DNA of 64,000 bases from Hydrolagus colliei (Eukaryota). Positions 38,539 through 51,582 of this stretch are shown piece by piece (position 1 is the first letter of the stretch; each line of letters opens with the position of its first letter). The position numbers were made by a program, and so were the translations under genes. Under the pieces are notes generated by a model, which was not told the origin of the DNA, did not search any database, and saw nothing but the letters and a program-made list of their open reading frames with translations. Where the stretch lies: the NCBI GenBank assembly GCA_035084275.1, contig CM068754.1:12896001-12960000 (forward strand), in the 5' to 3' direction.

Positions 38539-41500
38539 ACTGAAAGCAGCCAGCTTTCTTTTCAATAAAATAAAGGACTTGTCACCTTGTTATTTCAGGC
38601 TTCTTATAAACTCAAAGAGTCACAGCTGTAATTTCAAATTACAGTCTTTATAAATGTGTATGCCACAATTATTTTTAAAGACAAACACTAAAAATCCTTC
38701 TAACCAGCTTTTTGTAAGGTATTATTAATGCCACTCAATCCTACATATCATACGAGATTATCTCAGCATTGAAGCATCTATTAGCGTGATGGGCAACTCA
38801 GCATCCATCTTCATATCTCTTTTCGGGTGCCTTTCAGTAATGCATTTCTGCAACTTCTGAACATATCATACCAAAGGCTAACTGGAAAACTTTCTTTATT
38901 GTTACAACAATGTTTTGGTCCAGTGATAGAACCCTATATTTTATGAATTTTGAATCAAACATCACAAGTGATCTATCTGCGAGCAACCAAATTGCCTTAA
39001 TGAGTTCCTTTTCCCCTGTTCTCGCACAGAACATGCTGGGAACTGCACTATACTCAAATTCAAATCAAACCGCATGATTACGCTCCTTCCATCCACCTCC
39101 CAGGAGTTTGTAAGACAGAAACATCATTTTTGCGCAAGCATTTCTTTTATTGGTTCCAAACTTAAAATCCTAACTACCGGTAACACCTGAAAATATTAAT
39201 TGTTGAACTTAAACAGTGTTGAATCCTACAACATTTTTTTTCCAATGAATAACAATCACGAGGCATTTTGTGCAGAATGTGGCAAGTCCTGTCTATTAGA
39301 TACTTTTTCTGATACTGCCCTCAGGGTATACACCTTAAATCATCTTAATATAAGATCATACTTGGAAATTATGCCAAATTTATTTTATACCTTAGTTCCT
39401 CGTTAACCTCCTTGATTTCCACTTTTTTTAAAAAAATTGACAAATGGCTGGGAGGGGATCAACCAGAGCCAAGACAGGAATAACTGAGCTCTGTTTTAAA
39501 ACAAATTTGCCAGCAGGACTGAAACATTCGGACTTGAGCGAAGCCTCAAGAATTTCCAGCGAAAAAGGACTTAGGAAAACACAACTGGTTCTCAGTCTAA
39601 GTGTATCATTGCCTTGTGGGAAAAGGCATGTTAAAAAGTTTCCATTAAATAAAACTCTTGCACACATGTGACACATACAATTCACAAGATTCAGATGACA
39701 GATCCCAATTCAGTAAGCTGTTTGATAAGCCTTTGCATGCAGTTTACAAAACTGGTTAGTGTGGATTGTACATATTCAACACTCACATCAATACTTCTAG
39801 AGAACCTGGAAGGTCAAAATGCATTATGGTCCTAAAATAAGTAAAGGAGCAGTCACATGGAAAGAAAAGTGAATATACATTGATGTGCTTTTCATGTCCA
39901 ATGCTTCTTTACTACTTTACCTCATTTAAAATCGCTGATTTTGTTTTACCAGAAATATGAAGTTTAAGCAAGCCATCTGGATGGTCTGTGCTATAATTTG
40001 CTGAAGACACATTTTTGATTTCTGAGTTGAGATGATTTTATACATGTACTCTTTATATTTAGATACGGATGATAACATTTATGGTCCATATATTTTCATT
40101 TGATAGGAATTGCCGATGCATGAACTATACAAGAATAATGTTGTAAACATTGACACGATGGAGACAAATTGGAGGTAGACATATTAAAAGCTTATTAAGC
40201 ATTCTGCTATGTGGCCTAGGGTTCAAAGAGAACAAGCCCCTTTCTGTAGTTGAGCATTTTTACAGGAATGGACTCATCAAAAAGCACATTCTCTGAAATT
40301 CAGAGATTTGCAAACTATAGGAGAGATCACACGACAGCAAACAGATAGGATTCTGCCTTAAAGCAAGTAACAAGTTAAAGTGGCCTTCATGTTTTGCTTT
40401 CTGTTGGCTATAAATATTGAACCAAAGAGTGATCTAAAGATTTTCTGCCAATGAGCCCAAAGCATTTTCAGTAACTTTGAAGTCCAGGAGTAATGAATTC
40501 ACACCATCACTGGGCAATGTGCATGGCCTGCAGCGGAAGGCAGAGTAACTGAAAGAATGCTGAGATGAAGTGTAAGAATATGCAAGAAAGATTGTTTCAA
40601 AAAAAGGTACATGTTTGTCAGATGAATTTAGAAACAATGATTTATTTAAATTCTATACATGTATATCTTATCTTTATATCTGTAACAATATTTACTCCAT
40701 CCACATTAAAATACAGGGATGATTAAATTCTTTGGCTATTAAATACCTATCATTGTTAGAACCACATGACATCCTGCAACATAACTTTGGGTAGCGTAGA
40801 GTACAATCTTACTGTGGATAAATTCAATTGTGGGTAGAACAGGAAAACAATCATCAGATGTATTAATATTCAGTTAGTAAAATAATCCACCAATGTGCCA
40901 ATTACCCTAACAAATTGGGAAATACCCAAGTTTGATCCTGCATACTGCATCTCAGCTGGTGCGTAGGCTGGGGGTGGGGGAGAGAAACTAATCAGACATA
41001 TTTAATGACAGGCTTGTTTATGATCACTATCCAATGTCCCCTACCAAAACGATATGCATCTGTGAACACCATGTGAACACTGATCAGACTTGGCTGCAAT
41101 GATATGAGTAGAATAGCAAGATAGATAGTATCCCTCCAAAAATAGATAGTATCCAACACTGTTGGGATTGTATGCTAGCAACAGTCAGGATTTGGATTAA
41201 AATGATTAGATGTTTCTACCTCATTTTTAATATGTGCGATTGTCAAATCCGTAAAACTCTCAAATATCAAGAAATACTGCACAGACATGCTGCGTTAGAA
41301 TGGGAGTATATTCTATAATGCGATTTTTTCATTCAGTTTCATATTGTAGCTGCAAAAGTCTGGAAGGCAAAATGTGAATGAGGCAGTTCTGTAGGAGAGT
41401 AAACATTAATTCTGCAGTTCTGGCCAGGGCTTGGGAGCAGTTTGTGTCTGACCCCAACGGATGGACAAAACTAATTTAAGAAAACAAGTTTTAGGATTTG

Positions 41501-43149
41501 GGCCTTTATAAAGTTAAGAGTTGAGTGGAAAGGTAAAGAAATGTGTTGATGAAAGAAGAAGCAAAGTTTCTTGGAAACAGCTTTTGTGATGGAATTTAAT
41601 TTCAGAACATAGGAGATAATGAGACCAGAAAGGTTAAAAGATAATATATATAGTATAAAAATGTTAGATGGATGGACATTAGAAAATAAATCCCATCATG
41701 ATTTGTCTAAGTGCATAAAATTATTTTGATAAACCAAATGGTTAAAAGAGTAAATACATATCAGATTGTTCATGCACAAGACAGTAACCTTGGTTAGATC
41801 AAATCCTCCAAATTGGGCTGTTTTGGGGAAATAATATACTTCTGTCCAAACCCATTTCTTTCTTATTTACCCTCTTTCTCTGTTATTCATTTTCTCCCAT
41901 TACTTTCTTTGAGCTGACAGAGATGCTCTTATAGAGTCCAAGTCAGGTTGACGTACGTAAAAAGCAAGAATGCGATCCCACATCTCAACCGACCATCCTT
42001 AATTTTAATTTAACTATGATGATCATCTTATTCACCATTTAGTCCAATGGAAAGTATCATATTATGTCTCTGATTATAGATTGAATTAAAACACAAGGTC
42101 TGAAATAGTAGCTCCATGAAAACAGCAGAACACAGACTGAGCACTTCAGACATGATGGATTAAAAGCTTCCCTTCAGACTAACTATGAGCTCTTATCTCT
42201 GATCTATCTGCTATAGCATATGTTTTTGACTGCTGCACAGCATTAACTTTGATGGAGGATTACAACCAACAGACTGCTCAAGAGCTTTAACTTTCCTACA
42301 AAATTCGAAGGTCATGTTCGTCTAGGTTTTGGATACGTCTGGATACGAAGGAAAGATAATCTGTATTCAGTCACCAATACACTTCTGACAGCTAAACATC
42401 CAGTCTCCTGTAGTCATCTGGCAGAATCTTTGGGTGTAAACATATTTATTTCATTGCGTTGAATACATATTTTAACAGTTTTATAATGATTAATGAACCA
42501 AATACATTTTAAAGATAATTTAACCCTTTGCTGGCACATATCTGGTTTTCCGCAGCCAAGACGAACCACCTTAATCTTTTACAGCAGTGTGCTATCTGTA
42601 GACTATTTCTTAATTATAAATTATAAAGGCAAATGTGTTTTTAATCTGTTATCTTTGGGAAGACGAGAATAAACAAAACATCTGTACTGTAATTACATTT
42701 GTGTTTCATAAGGAGCTATTTGTAAGTGGTAATTATTTATCATTAAAAATAATCTCGAATGATGGGCCATCGACATGCGAGTAATGAGCTACATATAGCT
42801 CAAGTGTCAGACATTCCTGGTTGTTAATGCTATCTGGTATAAAGTATGAAAAATTATGCGAGATCAGTCTTTTCCTGTAAGACTCTCCTTTGAGGTAAGG
42901 GGAACAGTAGCTTCATTTCCGAGGGTACCAAGTCAGGTTATCAGCGTACTTTTGGTACTTAGAAAGCACTTCTCCTTTAGATGGATTTGTACCCTTTTAA
43001 TCCAGGAAATAAGTAGAACTAACTGGCACTCTGTGTAGTGACCTAGCTAAATATTTAATGGTGGATCTTCTCCACCTCGGTACCAGGCAGCACCTCTGCT
43101 GCTTCAAGATTACATACAAAGTCCACAGTACAGCACAAACACAACACAC

Positions 43150-43660
43150 AAAAGGATAGCTGGTCCCTTGTCTATGTCAAGGTGACTGATCTCAGCCAAC
43201 CACAGCAGTTCCAACTCCAGATCATTACCATTCAAGCATAACTGTTGTGTATGCTTCCATGAACATTAGGATGTGATAATGAGCTAAGGAACCAGGATGG
43301 TCCTAGATTTGAGTTAACTTTACCAATCTCAGCCAAGGTGGCATTTGGGGATTGGACTGTACTCCAATCTCATCCACAAATATACAGTCAATTGACTTTA
43401 CAATATATTCTGTGAAGTGCTTTGAGACATCTAGAAGACGTGAAAAGTGCTATATCAAATGCAAGGATTATTATTATTATTACTCTTGAGAAAAGATATG
43501 GTGGTGAGGAATTTGGCTGGGTTCCTGTACTTGACTCCTATCCAGTCACCACAGCAGAACGTGTATTTATGTGAATGTGAGTCAGAGCTGGATTGAGAAG
43601 CAATAATCGAGTAGTCTCCTGCTATTAATTGACTAAGCCTCACACATGAGCAATGGCCAC
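43150..43660 (+). mobile_element. Cluster of family C fragments interrupted by a family A tail (43374-43482)
   Basis: CTGATCTCAGCC, GACTCCTATCCAGTCACC and CTCACACATGAGCAATGGCCACTTG blocks; intact family A tail between them. Confidence 0.6.
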
Positions 43661-44840
43661 TTGTACATCTACCATTCTATAGAAATCTATTGGGGAACTG
43701 GAGCATATTTCAGTATGCAAATCCTGTACATAATTCCATGCTGTACAGTATAAACAATACTTATGACACCGCATAAAATTTATTTATTCTCTGTGTCATC
43801 ATGTATTCCTGCATTTGTTTAACAATAAGTTCAATTCTGTAGGTTAGTGTAACTCGTAGTGAAGATTTCATTTCTATGCACTATCCTAGTGTCTCAAACC
43901 CAGATACACACACTTGCCAGAAAGTCATAAAAATCAAGTCTCCTGTAGTATTGGTCAGCAGAGAAAACAAACTGACACACCTCCGTTCTTCACTAACTCC
44001 TCTCTTCATCACAACATATATCTGTTCTTTGCCAGTTCACCACCATTTTAGGCAATTATGGTTTAAAAACAGATGCAATTTATTGCAAAGGATCAACTCT
44101 TTTTCACAGTTTCACAAACAGCTTTTAACGCTGCGCATGACACAAGAATTTCCTCTCTTCCTCAGCTCAGAAAATACTGTAGGTTTCCATGCAAGTAAAC
44201 TATCCCAGGATTCTTTAGGTTGCAACACAAGCAATATTTTCTAAATGCTTAAAAATCATTGCATCTTATTACCAGATTCTATAAATCTACAGTGCTGGCA
44301 ATTAAACCATTACATTAAAAAAAATGTTTTGAGCAAGAAAAAAAAGACCATTCAGACCACTGAGCTCGCTTCTTGCAATAGACTAAGTACAATCGCACAT
44401 TTATGGATTGTACCCAGGAAGCTGCTCAACCTCTGAAGAGTCGGTTGTTCAAAATTATTTTCTTTTCAAATCTGTAAAAATTGGAGACGTTCCTTTATCT
44501 ATCTTAGACACTCTGTACTGTGTGTACAAATGTAGGCAACAGCTGTAACCATGGGAAATCAACAAAAGGCTTTACAAAAAGACTCCTGAATGGTGCGAGC
44601 ACAGGCTCTGAATGGCAGCTACACCCACAGGTACACGCAGAGGAGACATTAATGACTCCGAATGGGCACCTGCCACTTCAAGGAGGGAAAAAATTGGCCC
44701 CAGTGTTTCTCTCAACATTAACAAAATACTGCATACGTTTTGCTGATTTTCTCCACTCCTTTTCTGAACAAGGATTTGTGTTTATCGCATGGGAAATGGC
44801 CATCCTCTATCACTCACTTCATGATCAGCTAACTCAACTT

Positions 44841-44937
44841 ATAATAATAATCCTTGCATTTGATTCAGCGCCTTATCACGTCGTTGCGGCATCTCAAAGC
44901 GCTTTACAGAATATATTGGGTGGTGAATTAACTTTAC
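44841..44937 (-). mobile_element. SINE tail fragment
   Basis: ATAATAATAATCCTTGCATTTGAT...CTCAAAGCGCTTTACAG. Confidence 0.75.
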
Positions 44938-45439
44938 AATTAGTCCACTTTGAAATTTCCTCTTTATCTGAAAAGTACTATTCCAAAAGCAAAGAATATT
45001 ATTTTATTTATTTTCATTAATTATTTACCTTGTCCAAATGGCTATTCTTAACCCAACTCCAAGTGGTAATAGCCATCAAGATGTTTGATTATGGGTGTAG
45101 TGGAGTAGCACTACAGACCCTCACCAATCATCAGCACTTTCAGCCTAGGGATCGGTTGATTTTACCCTCCTGAGTCCATGAGTATCAAGGTAAGCTCCAA
45201 CATCCATCCTACAGGATATCACCTAACTTGATCAAGTTTTTGGACCCTGGTAGCATTTTTGGCTAAGCACTACATAGGGAAATGCTTCAACTGCTGAGGT
45301 ACAGTGGGATATAATGTGCAGGATTTGCCAAAGGTATCCAAATGGATCTCAAGTTGTTTCTCTTGTACTCTGTTTGGATTCAGATTTTGTGCCATGGCAT
45401 CTACTTTAATTGAAGATGATTACCTTCTAAAAAAAGGAG

Positions 45440-45703
45440 AGGTTAGGGATTTTTTTTTGTTATACACACTTAGGGCATGGGGCACGTTAGAACATGGAAT
45501 GCCCTACCAAAAGTAATTGTTGAAGCTGAATCTGTTGGAGCTCATAAAAGGAAATTAGACAAATAATTCAAAAGAGGAAGTGTAAAATGATAAGGGGTAA
45601 GGTCAGGGCCGGCCGTGAAATTAAATGGTTGGTACTTTCAGAGAGCTGGTTCAGTGATGATGGACGTAATGGTCTCCTTCTGTTCTGCAAAATTCTACGA
45701 TTT
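45440..45703 (+). mobile_element. CR1 LINE 3' fragment (ORF2 C-terminus plus 3'UTR)
   Basis: Translates VRTWNALPKVIVEAESVGAHKRKLDK (CR1 pattern WN.LP..VV.A.S...FK..LD), ending AATGGTCTCCTTCTGTTCTGCAAAATTCTA. Confidence 0.85.
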
Positions 45704-48178
45704 CTTAAAATGAAAGATCAATATCATACTTGGGATATTTTCTGTCATTTCTCCAGTAATGAAAATTGCAGCAACATGTCACCAGAGTTTAGGGACAATA
45801 ATACAGCCTTATTACTTACGTTGTATAAAGTAAACTAACAGAGCTGTCTTCCAGTTAATATATTGCCAGTTTCGATGAGTTTCAGAATCTATTCTTTGGA
45901 CCGGATAATGATTCATTTTGACGAAAAATGTGATCCGCTTTGATGAATGTGACTCTTTAAAATGAACACAGAAAGCTAATGGCAAGTCATTCAGGCCAGC
46001 AGGTCACAGCCCAGGTTCTGTTCTACACTGAGATAGCTGATCTGAAACTTGCATGTTGCGTGGGATAACACTGGTCAAAAGCAGAGAGAGAGGGGGAGGA
46101 AGGGTAAAAAAAAGTCAGGGCTCTTTATCAGAATTGCCATCCAGTGACCCCCTAATGGAAAATACACATATGAGAGTGAGTGAGGTAGATCAGGCTTACA
46201 TGTGATGCTCACTACGGACCAAACATTGCCGAGACTGACCAGTCAATGTTCAAACCCGAGGTACTGAAATATGTACAATATTCTTGCTGCCTTACATCAC
46301 AAAGAATCATTGCTTTCAGGAAATAGAGGAGAAAGAGAGAGAGAGAATTTTTTTTTTTTGTATGGACTACAAGTCTTTCATAAATGTCACTCCCATCAGT
46401 CCCATTTTGATAGCTCTGCACCTGCCCTCTCCATTTCGAGGTACAGGCATGTTAATGAACTAAGCTACATTATGTTACACTGGTCAGCCATCAAACAAGT
46501 AAATAGTCTATTTACAATAGTTTTTTTCACCACTGGCTGACATATTGAATTCTGCTGCGGCAGCATGGAAAATGTAGCAGACCTACCTATTAGTTCCTTT
46601 TATAATTTCCTCTGCTTCATACATTCAGGGTCAGAGGCAGTTCAAAAGACGGGTCCAGGCCACAATCCTTAAAGCTGAATGCACAAGCTTTAACTGCAAC
46701 ACATCTCGTAAATAAATGTGTGTTGTTTTAAAACAACTTCAAACACCGTCCATCTTAATCTCATTATAATGATAAATGTCACTAAACAAATCCTTGTATT
46801 CGGAAGTTATGGTTTCGGTTTCCTTAGTTTGTAATGTGATTCACGTTTGTATAACTTCATTAATGCATTTCATGTATAGAATGAAACCCAGATGCCAACA
46901 CATGTTGGTCACCTTAAAAAAGGGCGAGGGAGAAGCAAACATTATAACCTCAAATATATACGGTTTGAATGATGAGGAACTCATACTTCTTTTCTTTATT
47001 TTATGACCACGCCAGGCATTTCAAAACAATGGTCCAGATTCTGATCCCTTTAATTGTGCCTCTATCTCTGTATGTTTCCCCCCCACTATATACATTTAGA
47101 GTCTGTCTGGTACCCGTTGCTAATGTATGCCACATTGAGTAGCATCCTTTCTGCTTTCATATATATCCTTGACCCAAGTAAAAAGAGGGTGTTAAAGCTA
47201 AAGAGCCGAACTACTGCCTGGTGAAATGTGTTCAAGAAATGCATCGACTCACACAAGGCCAGTACTCTTCAACAAGAAGCACAACAAAGGAGAACATTTG
47301 GGGATTTTTTTGTATGCCGTTTTTGAAAAAAAGACCTTAAAGTTAATTGTTTTTTTTAATGGAGTGGGTGTATTGCGTAACTTTTTAACAATATAATGAG
47401 AAAAATAATTCTGAAACAATTTCCCTTTTGAAGAGGAGAGGGATCAGATAGTCTGTGTCATGCTTTTCCTTCCCCTCATTTGACTTCCCTGGGGTTCATG
47501 TACACCATATACACCAGTCACCCACTTGCCCGAGGGGCTTTTTTTTGTTTTGGCCTTAACTCCAGGCACTTGAGGGCTATTGAACTGTCAGAACATCACA
47601 GTGGAACTGATCTTTCCTTCTTCCAACATCTGCACACACATGTACATTCCAGCAGGCTTCTAGCAAAGTAAATTTATTGTAGTCAATTTCAGTGGAAACA
47701 GTTAAAGGCCAATTGGCACCATGCATCGTCCATTCCTCTACCACCCAGGGTTTTGGAGGTCACAGACCTCACTGAGCAACCATTGCCAACGTATTTCTTT
47801 AGGATGAGCTAAGATTCGTGCAGGTTTGAGTGGCGTTTACCACTGGGGCTCTAGCCTATAAATTGGTTACGGAGCAAGTACTCTGCCACTTGTACAATTA
47901 GGCCTGTAAGCATTTGCTTAAAGATTTCCTTTAAAAAGTGGGACCATTGCCGAGAGGTTATTCTTTCTTTGAGACAGTATGAAAACGGATTAATTGATAG
48001 GCCCTGCTTGTCATATGACCTAGTGTAAACTAATGTACTTTGTTTAGTAAATGGAATAAAAAGGAGGATAAAATCGAATTTCCAATCCCAGCTCATAAGC
48101 AGCATAGACAAACCATTAACAAGCAAACAAATAGACTATAGCAAATTGTTGCACTCACCAAGCATACCAGCTTTCATT

Positions 48179-48266
48179 TCAAAACAATACTGTAGGTTTG
48201 ATTAGATGTTTGCACATGTTCTAAATCAAAACAATACTGTAGGTTCGATTAGATGTTTGCACATGT
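48179..48266. repeat. Tandem duplication, two 41-bp copies, period 47
   Basis: TCAAAACAATACTGTAGGTTYGATTAGATGTTTGCACATGT twice, with one mismatch. Confidence 0.95.
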
Positions 48267-49279
48267 ACACAAACACACACAAAGCCACACAGTACTTTAT
48301 GGTTATTTTTTATTCAGAGCACTGCCTTAGAATCCTCAATCAGCATGCTTTACAGAAAATAACTTTAAGCTACTCACTGTAACATTCAACCATCTCAGTT
48401 TGCTTATGTGGACACTTCCAGCAGTATAGGTACAATAGATTAGATATTTTATTATATGGCATTCTTGTACATATTTGTGATTCATTGTGACAGTTTCAAA
48501 TGTTATTTGCATAAATCTGATTTCAGTTTGGAAAGATGACTAAAAATCTCTCTCTTGAATTGCGCATTTGGTTAATAACTTCAAACCTTGTTTCACTGTT
48601 CACTAGTGTCCACCAAATACAAGCCCTTGGAGATGTTATTCTACAGGAAGGTGAACTGTGTCAATTCAACAAATACTGTTATTTGATCACAGTTATGAAA
48701 CGGAGGTGACAAGCAGGTCATTAGAAATGATAAACCGTAGCAATATTGGAAAAATAACAACAACAACAAAATCGCACTTATATAGCGCCTTTCACGTCGG
48801 GAGAATAAAAGAAAACGATATGCAGTTTCTACATGTTCAGAAATTAGACAGGCTTCTGCCTGGTGCAGTATCAGAGGGCCTAACATGCAGAAGTTAAAGC
48901 TCGAGCTTAAGACTGATCACAATGAAGTCAAGTCTTCAGCTTGCCAAGCTAGATTTCTCAGATGAAAATGTGGACCACCTGGGACTAGGCATGCTCTCTC
49001 CGCTTCCCCCATTAGATTGCCAGTGATTAAAGATCAGAAGCAAACTTTGGTCATTACCTCACCAGGAATTAAATCCCTCCCTGTACTCACAAGAGTCCAA
49101 AAATTGGACACCGTTTACGAGACCTCCAGTAAGCATATTTTTTGATATGCTCTTTGTTAGATTTAATACACGGCTTAAGAAGCTAACTGGAGTGGCACTG
49201 AAACAATCAGATCAGGAAGTCCCAGATTTGATTTCTATTCTATGTTGCTAACCAATGTCATTTGTGCAGGAGTGGTGGT

Positions 49280-49319
49280 ATGTGTTTGTGTGTGTGTGTG
49301 GTGTGCGTCTGTGTGTGTG
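49280..49319. repeat. Imperfect (TG)n microsatellite
   Basis: Directly visible. Confidence 0.85.
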
Positions 49320-49362
49320 GCGGGAAAGGGGAGAATCAAGTCATCTCAACACTCGGGTCGAG

Positions 49363-49458
49363 AATAATAATAATAATCCTTGCATTTGATGTAGCGTATT
49401 ATCATGTCTTCAAGACATCTCACGGAATATACGGTAATGTGAATTTCGACTGCATATT
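49363..49458 (-). mobile_element. SINE family A tail
   Basis: AATAATAATAATCCTTGCATTTGATGTAGCG... Confidence 0.75.
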
Positions 49459-49697
49459 TCGTGAGATAAAAGCGAAGAAAAGGAAAACGAAAATCGGTCA
49501 GGATTGTTTCCTACCAAACACTGCCCAATGAAGTATGGTCGTGTGACCAGTTAGCAAGGACACTGGATTGTGACTCTAATTTCTCCCCATCGGTTAGAAA
49601 GCTTGCTAAAACACAAATGTGAAGACTAGGATGAGGTCTGGAGTGCTGCCAGGAGAAATGTACTGCAGCATGAAAACTGGTGCCAAAGTCAGAAAGT

Positions 49698-49733
49698 GGG
49701 GGTGGGGGTGGGGGTGGGGGGGAGGGGTGGGGG
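49698..49733 (+). repeat. G-run array (GGGGGT)n, potential G-quadruplex
   Basis: Six runs of at least four G with 1-nt loops. Confidence 0.8.
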
Positions 49734-51177
49734 CAGTCTGGCATCCCTTCATTTCTTGTGCTTTATGTCTGCATATGACTTGTTTCTGTTAAATTTGCAG
49801 TTTTTTCCAGTCTTGTTCTTATTACGTACTATGGAGGAGTTTTCAGAATACCGTATTTACTTTTTTTTAAAACTGAAACCAGTCTGATCTAATTATCAAT
49901 AAGAGACAACACAAAATGAGAAACGTGGGCTTACACTCAAAAGAAGAGGGAAATGGAAGAGGTTGTCCTTGCTACACGTTTGATTACTCCACAACATGCA
50001 GTTTGAAAGGACAGAATGACAATTTGGTAACACATAAAATGTTGAAATATGCAAAACAAAAAGAAACTTAATCAGAAGATAGATGATAAAATGCTTACAC
50101 TGTTGCTGATGCATCTCAGCAGTAACCAGGATCAGTAATGTCATCGAACATTTGGACTTTTACCATCTATTGTGGATCTCGCAAACTGCATAGAATGAAT
50201 GAGTGGCGATTCTTTAAATTAAATTAAACTTAACCCAGTTTGCCTGCCGCACACAGATCTTCAGCTAAATACATTTAATAAGATGAATGATGTAGAGTGA
50301 CCCCCTTCACTGTTCGACCTCCACTCGTCCAGATAAAATTGGGAGTTTTAAAGGATCAGGCACAGAATTTGTAACATATGCATTTCTCTCTGAGGTTAGG
50401 CATCTTGATCCAATTATACACTTTCAAACTCGGGTACAAAGAGGAAAATCTAGGTATTTAACAATGAAGCAGTACTGGATTAAGATGAAGCTAATGAAGC
50501 TGTGTCTAATGAACCCTGCAGCGCTGATACCTCACTCGGCAGAATCAATTAAACACGCATTGTACCAGAAGACAAGAAGTGCTACTTTGCAGCCTTTATT
50601 CTGCTGGATTCAGTGTCCTTGTCCAATCTTCTATTTAAATCAGATTATTTTAGTTTTCCATTTTAAAAAGCCATTCTTTATTCCAGGCCTGTTTCAGAAT
50701 TAAAAATGAAAGGGATGGATGGATACTTTTGCTTCACCTATGATAAATAAATCTGGCAAAACAAATGAAACAAAACTAGAATGATCACAGTAAGTGTCGG
50801 CAGCTTCTCCTTGTTCCTTTTCGAGCTCTTCACTTACTGTGTGCTGCACTCAAAGATAATGAAACTTTTGAACAATGACTTGCTCTCCTGTTTATTCTTA
50901 GAATTAAATTGGTTTTTGAGCAGTGAATTGTTTGAAGCTTTCAAAATGATATTCTGTCATGGACAATTGCCAGAAATTAACTTTCTAAATTTCACATTTC
51001 TGATGTGGAAGTTAGTAGAATCATTTCACCAAAGAAAGAGTACTTAAATTTTTTTATATAGTGGAAAGTTGAAATGTTACTTTTGTCCCAATTGGCATAA
51101 ATCTCTCCTTATTTAACACAATTTGAAGCAGCAAAGGTCATTATTATTGTTATCATTATTACTGCATAAGGTGCCAA

Positions 51178-51582
51178 CCTGGCTCAGTTGGTAGCCCTCT
51201 CGACTCTGAAGGTTGTTGGTGTAAGCCCTGCATCATGACTCTATGTACTCACAGTCTGGGCTGACACACAGATGCAGTGTTGGGAGTGCACTGCATCATT
51301 GGAGGTGCAGTCTCTCAGTTAAAAGATGAAACCAGAGTCCTGTCTGCCAGTTCAAGTTGAATCCCATGGCACTATTCGAAAAGACCAGGAGTTTGGGGGC
51401 CAACAATCCTCTGGATGAAATAATTTTTCACTTTACAACTGTTTACAACTGCTGTGTGAAATTTGGCTGCTGCCTTCGCCCTCAAATATAAATCTAATTC
51501 AAGTAATCAGTCGCTACACTTTACAGTGAATTTAGTCAAGGGCTTTGAGACTTTTTGGAGGCATGAAAAATCTCAATATCAA
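51178..51582 (+). mobile_element. Near full-length Deu-domain SINE (family B)
   Basis: TGGCTCAGTTGGTAGC head, ATCCCATGGCACTATTCGAA core, GGCTTTGAGAC tail. Confidence 0.8.

Noticed and set aside
40438-40606. Pseudo-exon LQRKAE*LKEC*DEV*EYARKIVSKK
   Set aside because: Looks coiled-coil-like only if three stops are reverted; no homologue recognised and no clear acceptor
44520-45020. Longest ORF in the window (166 aa)
   Set aside because: Non-ATG start, runs through an antisense SINE tail, no domain resemblance
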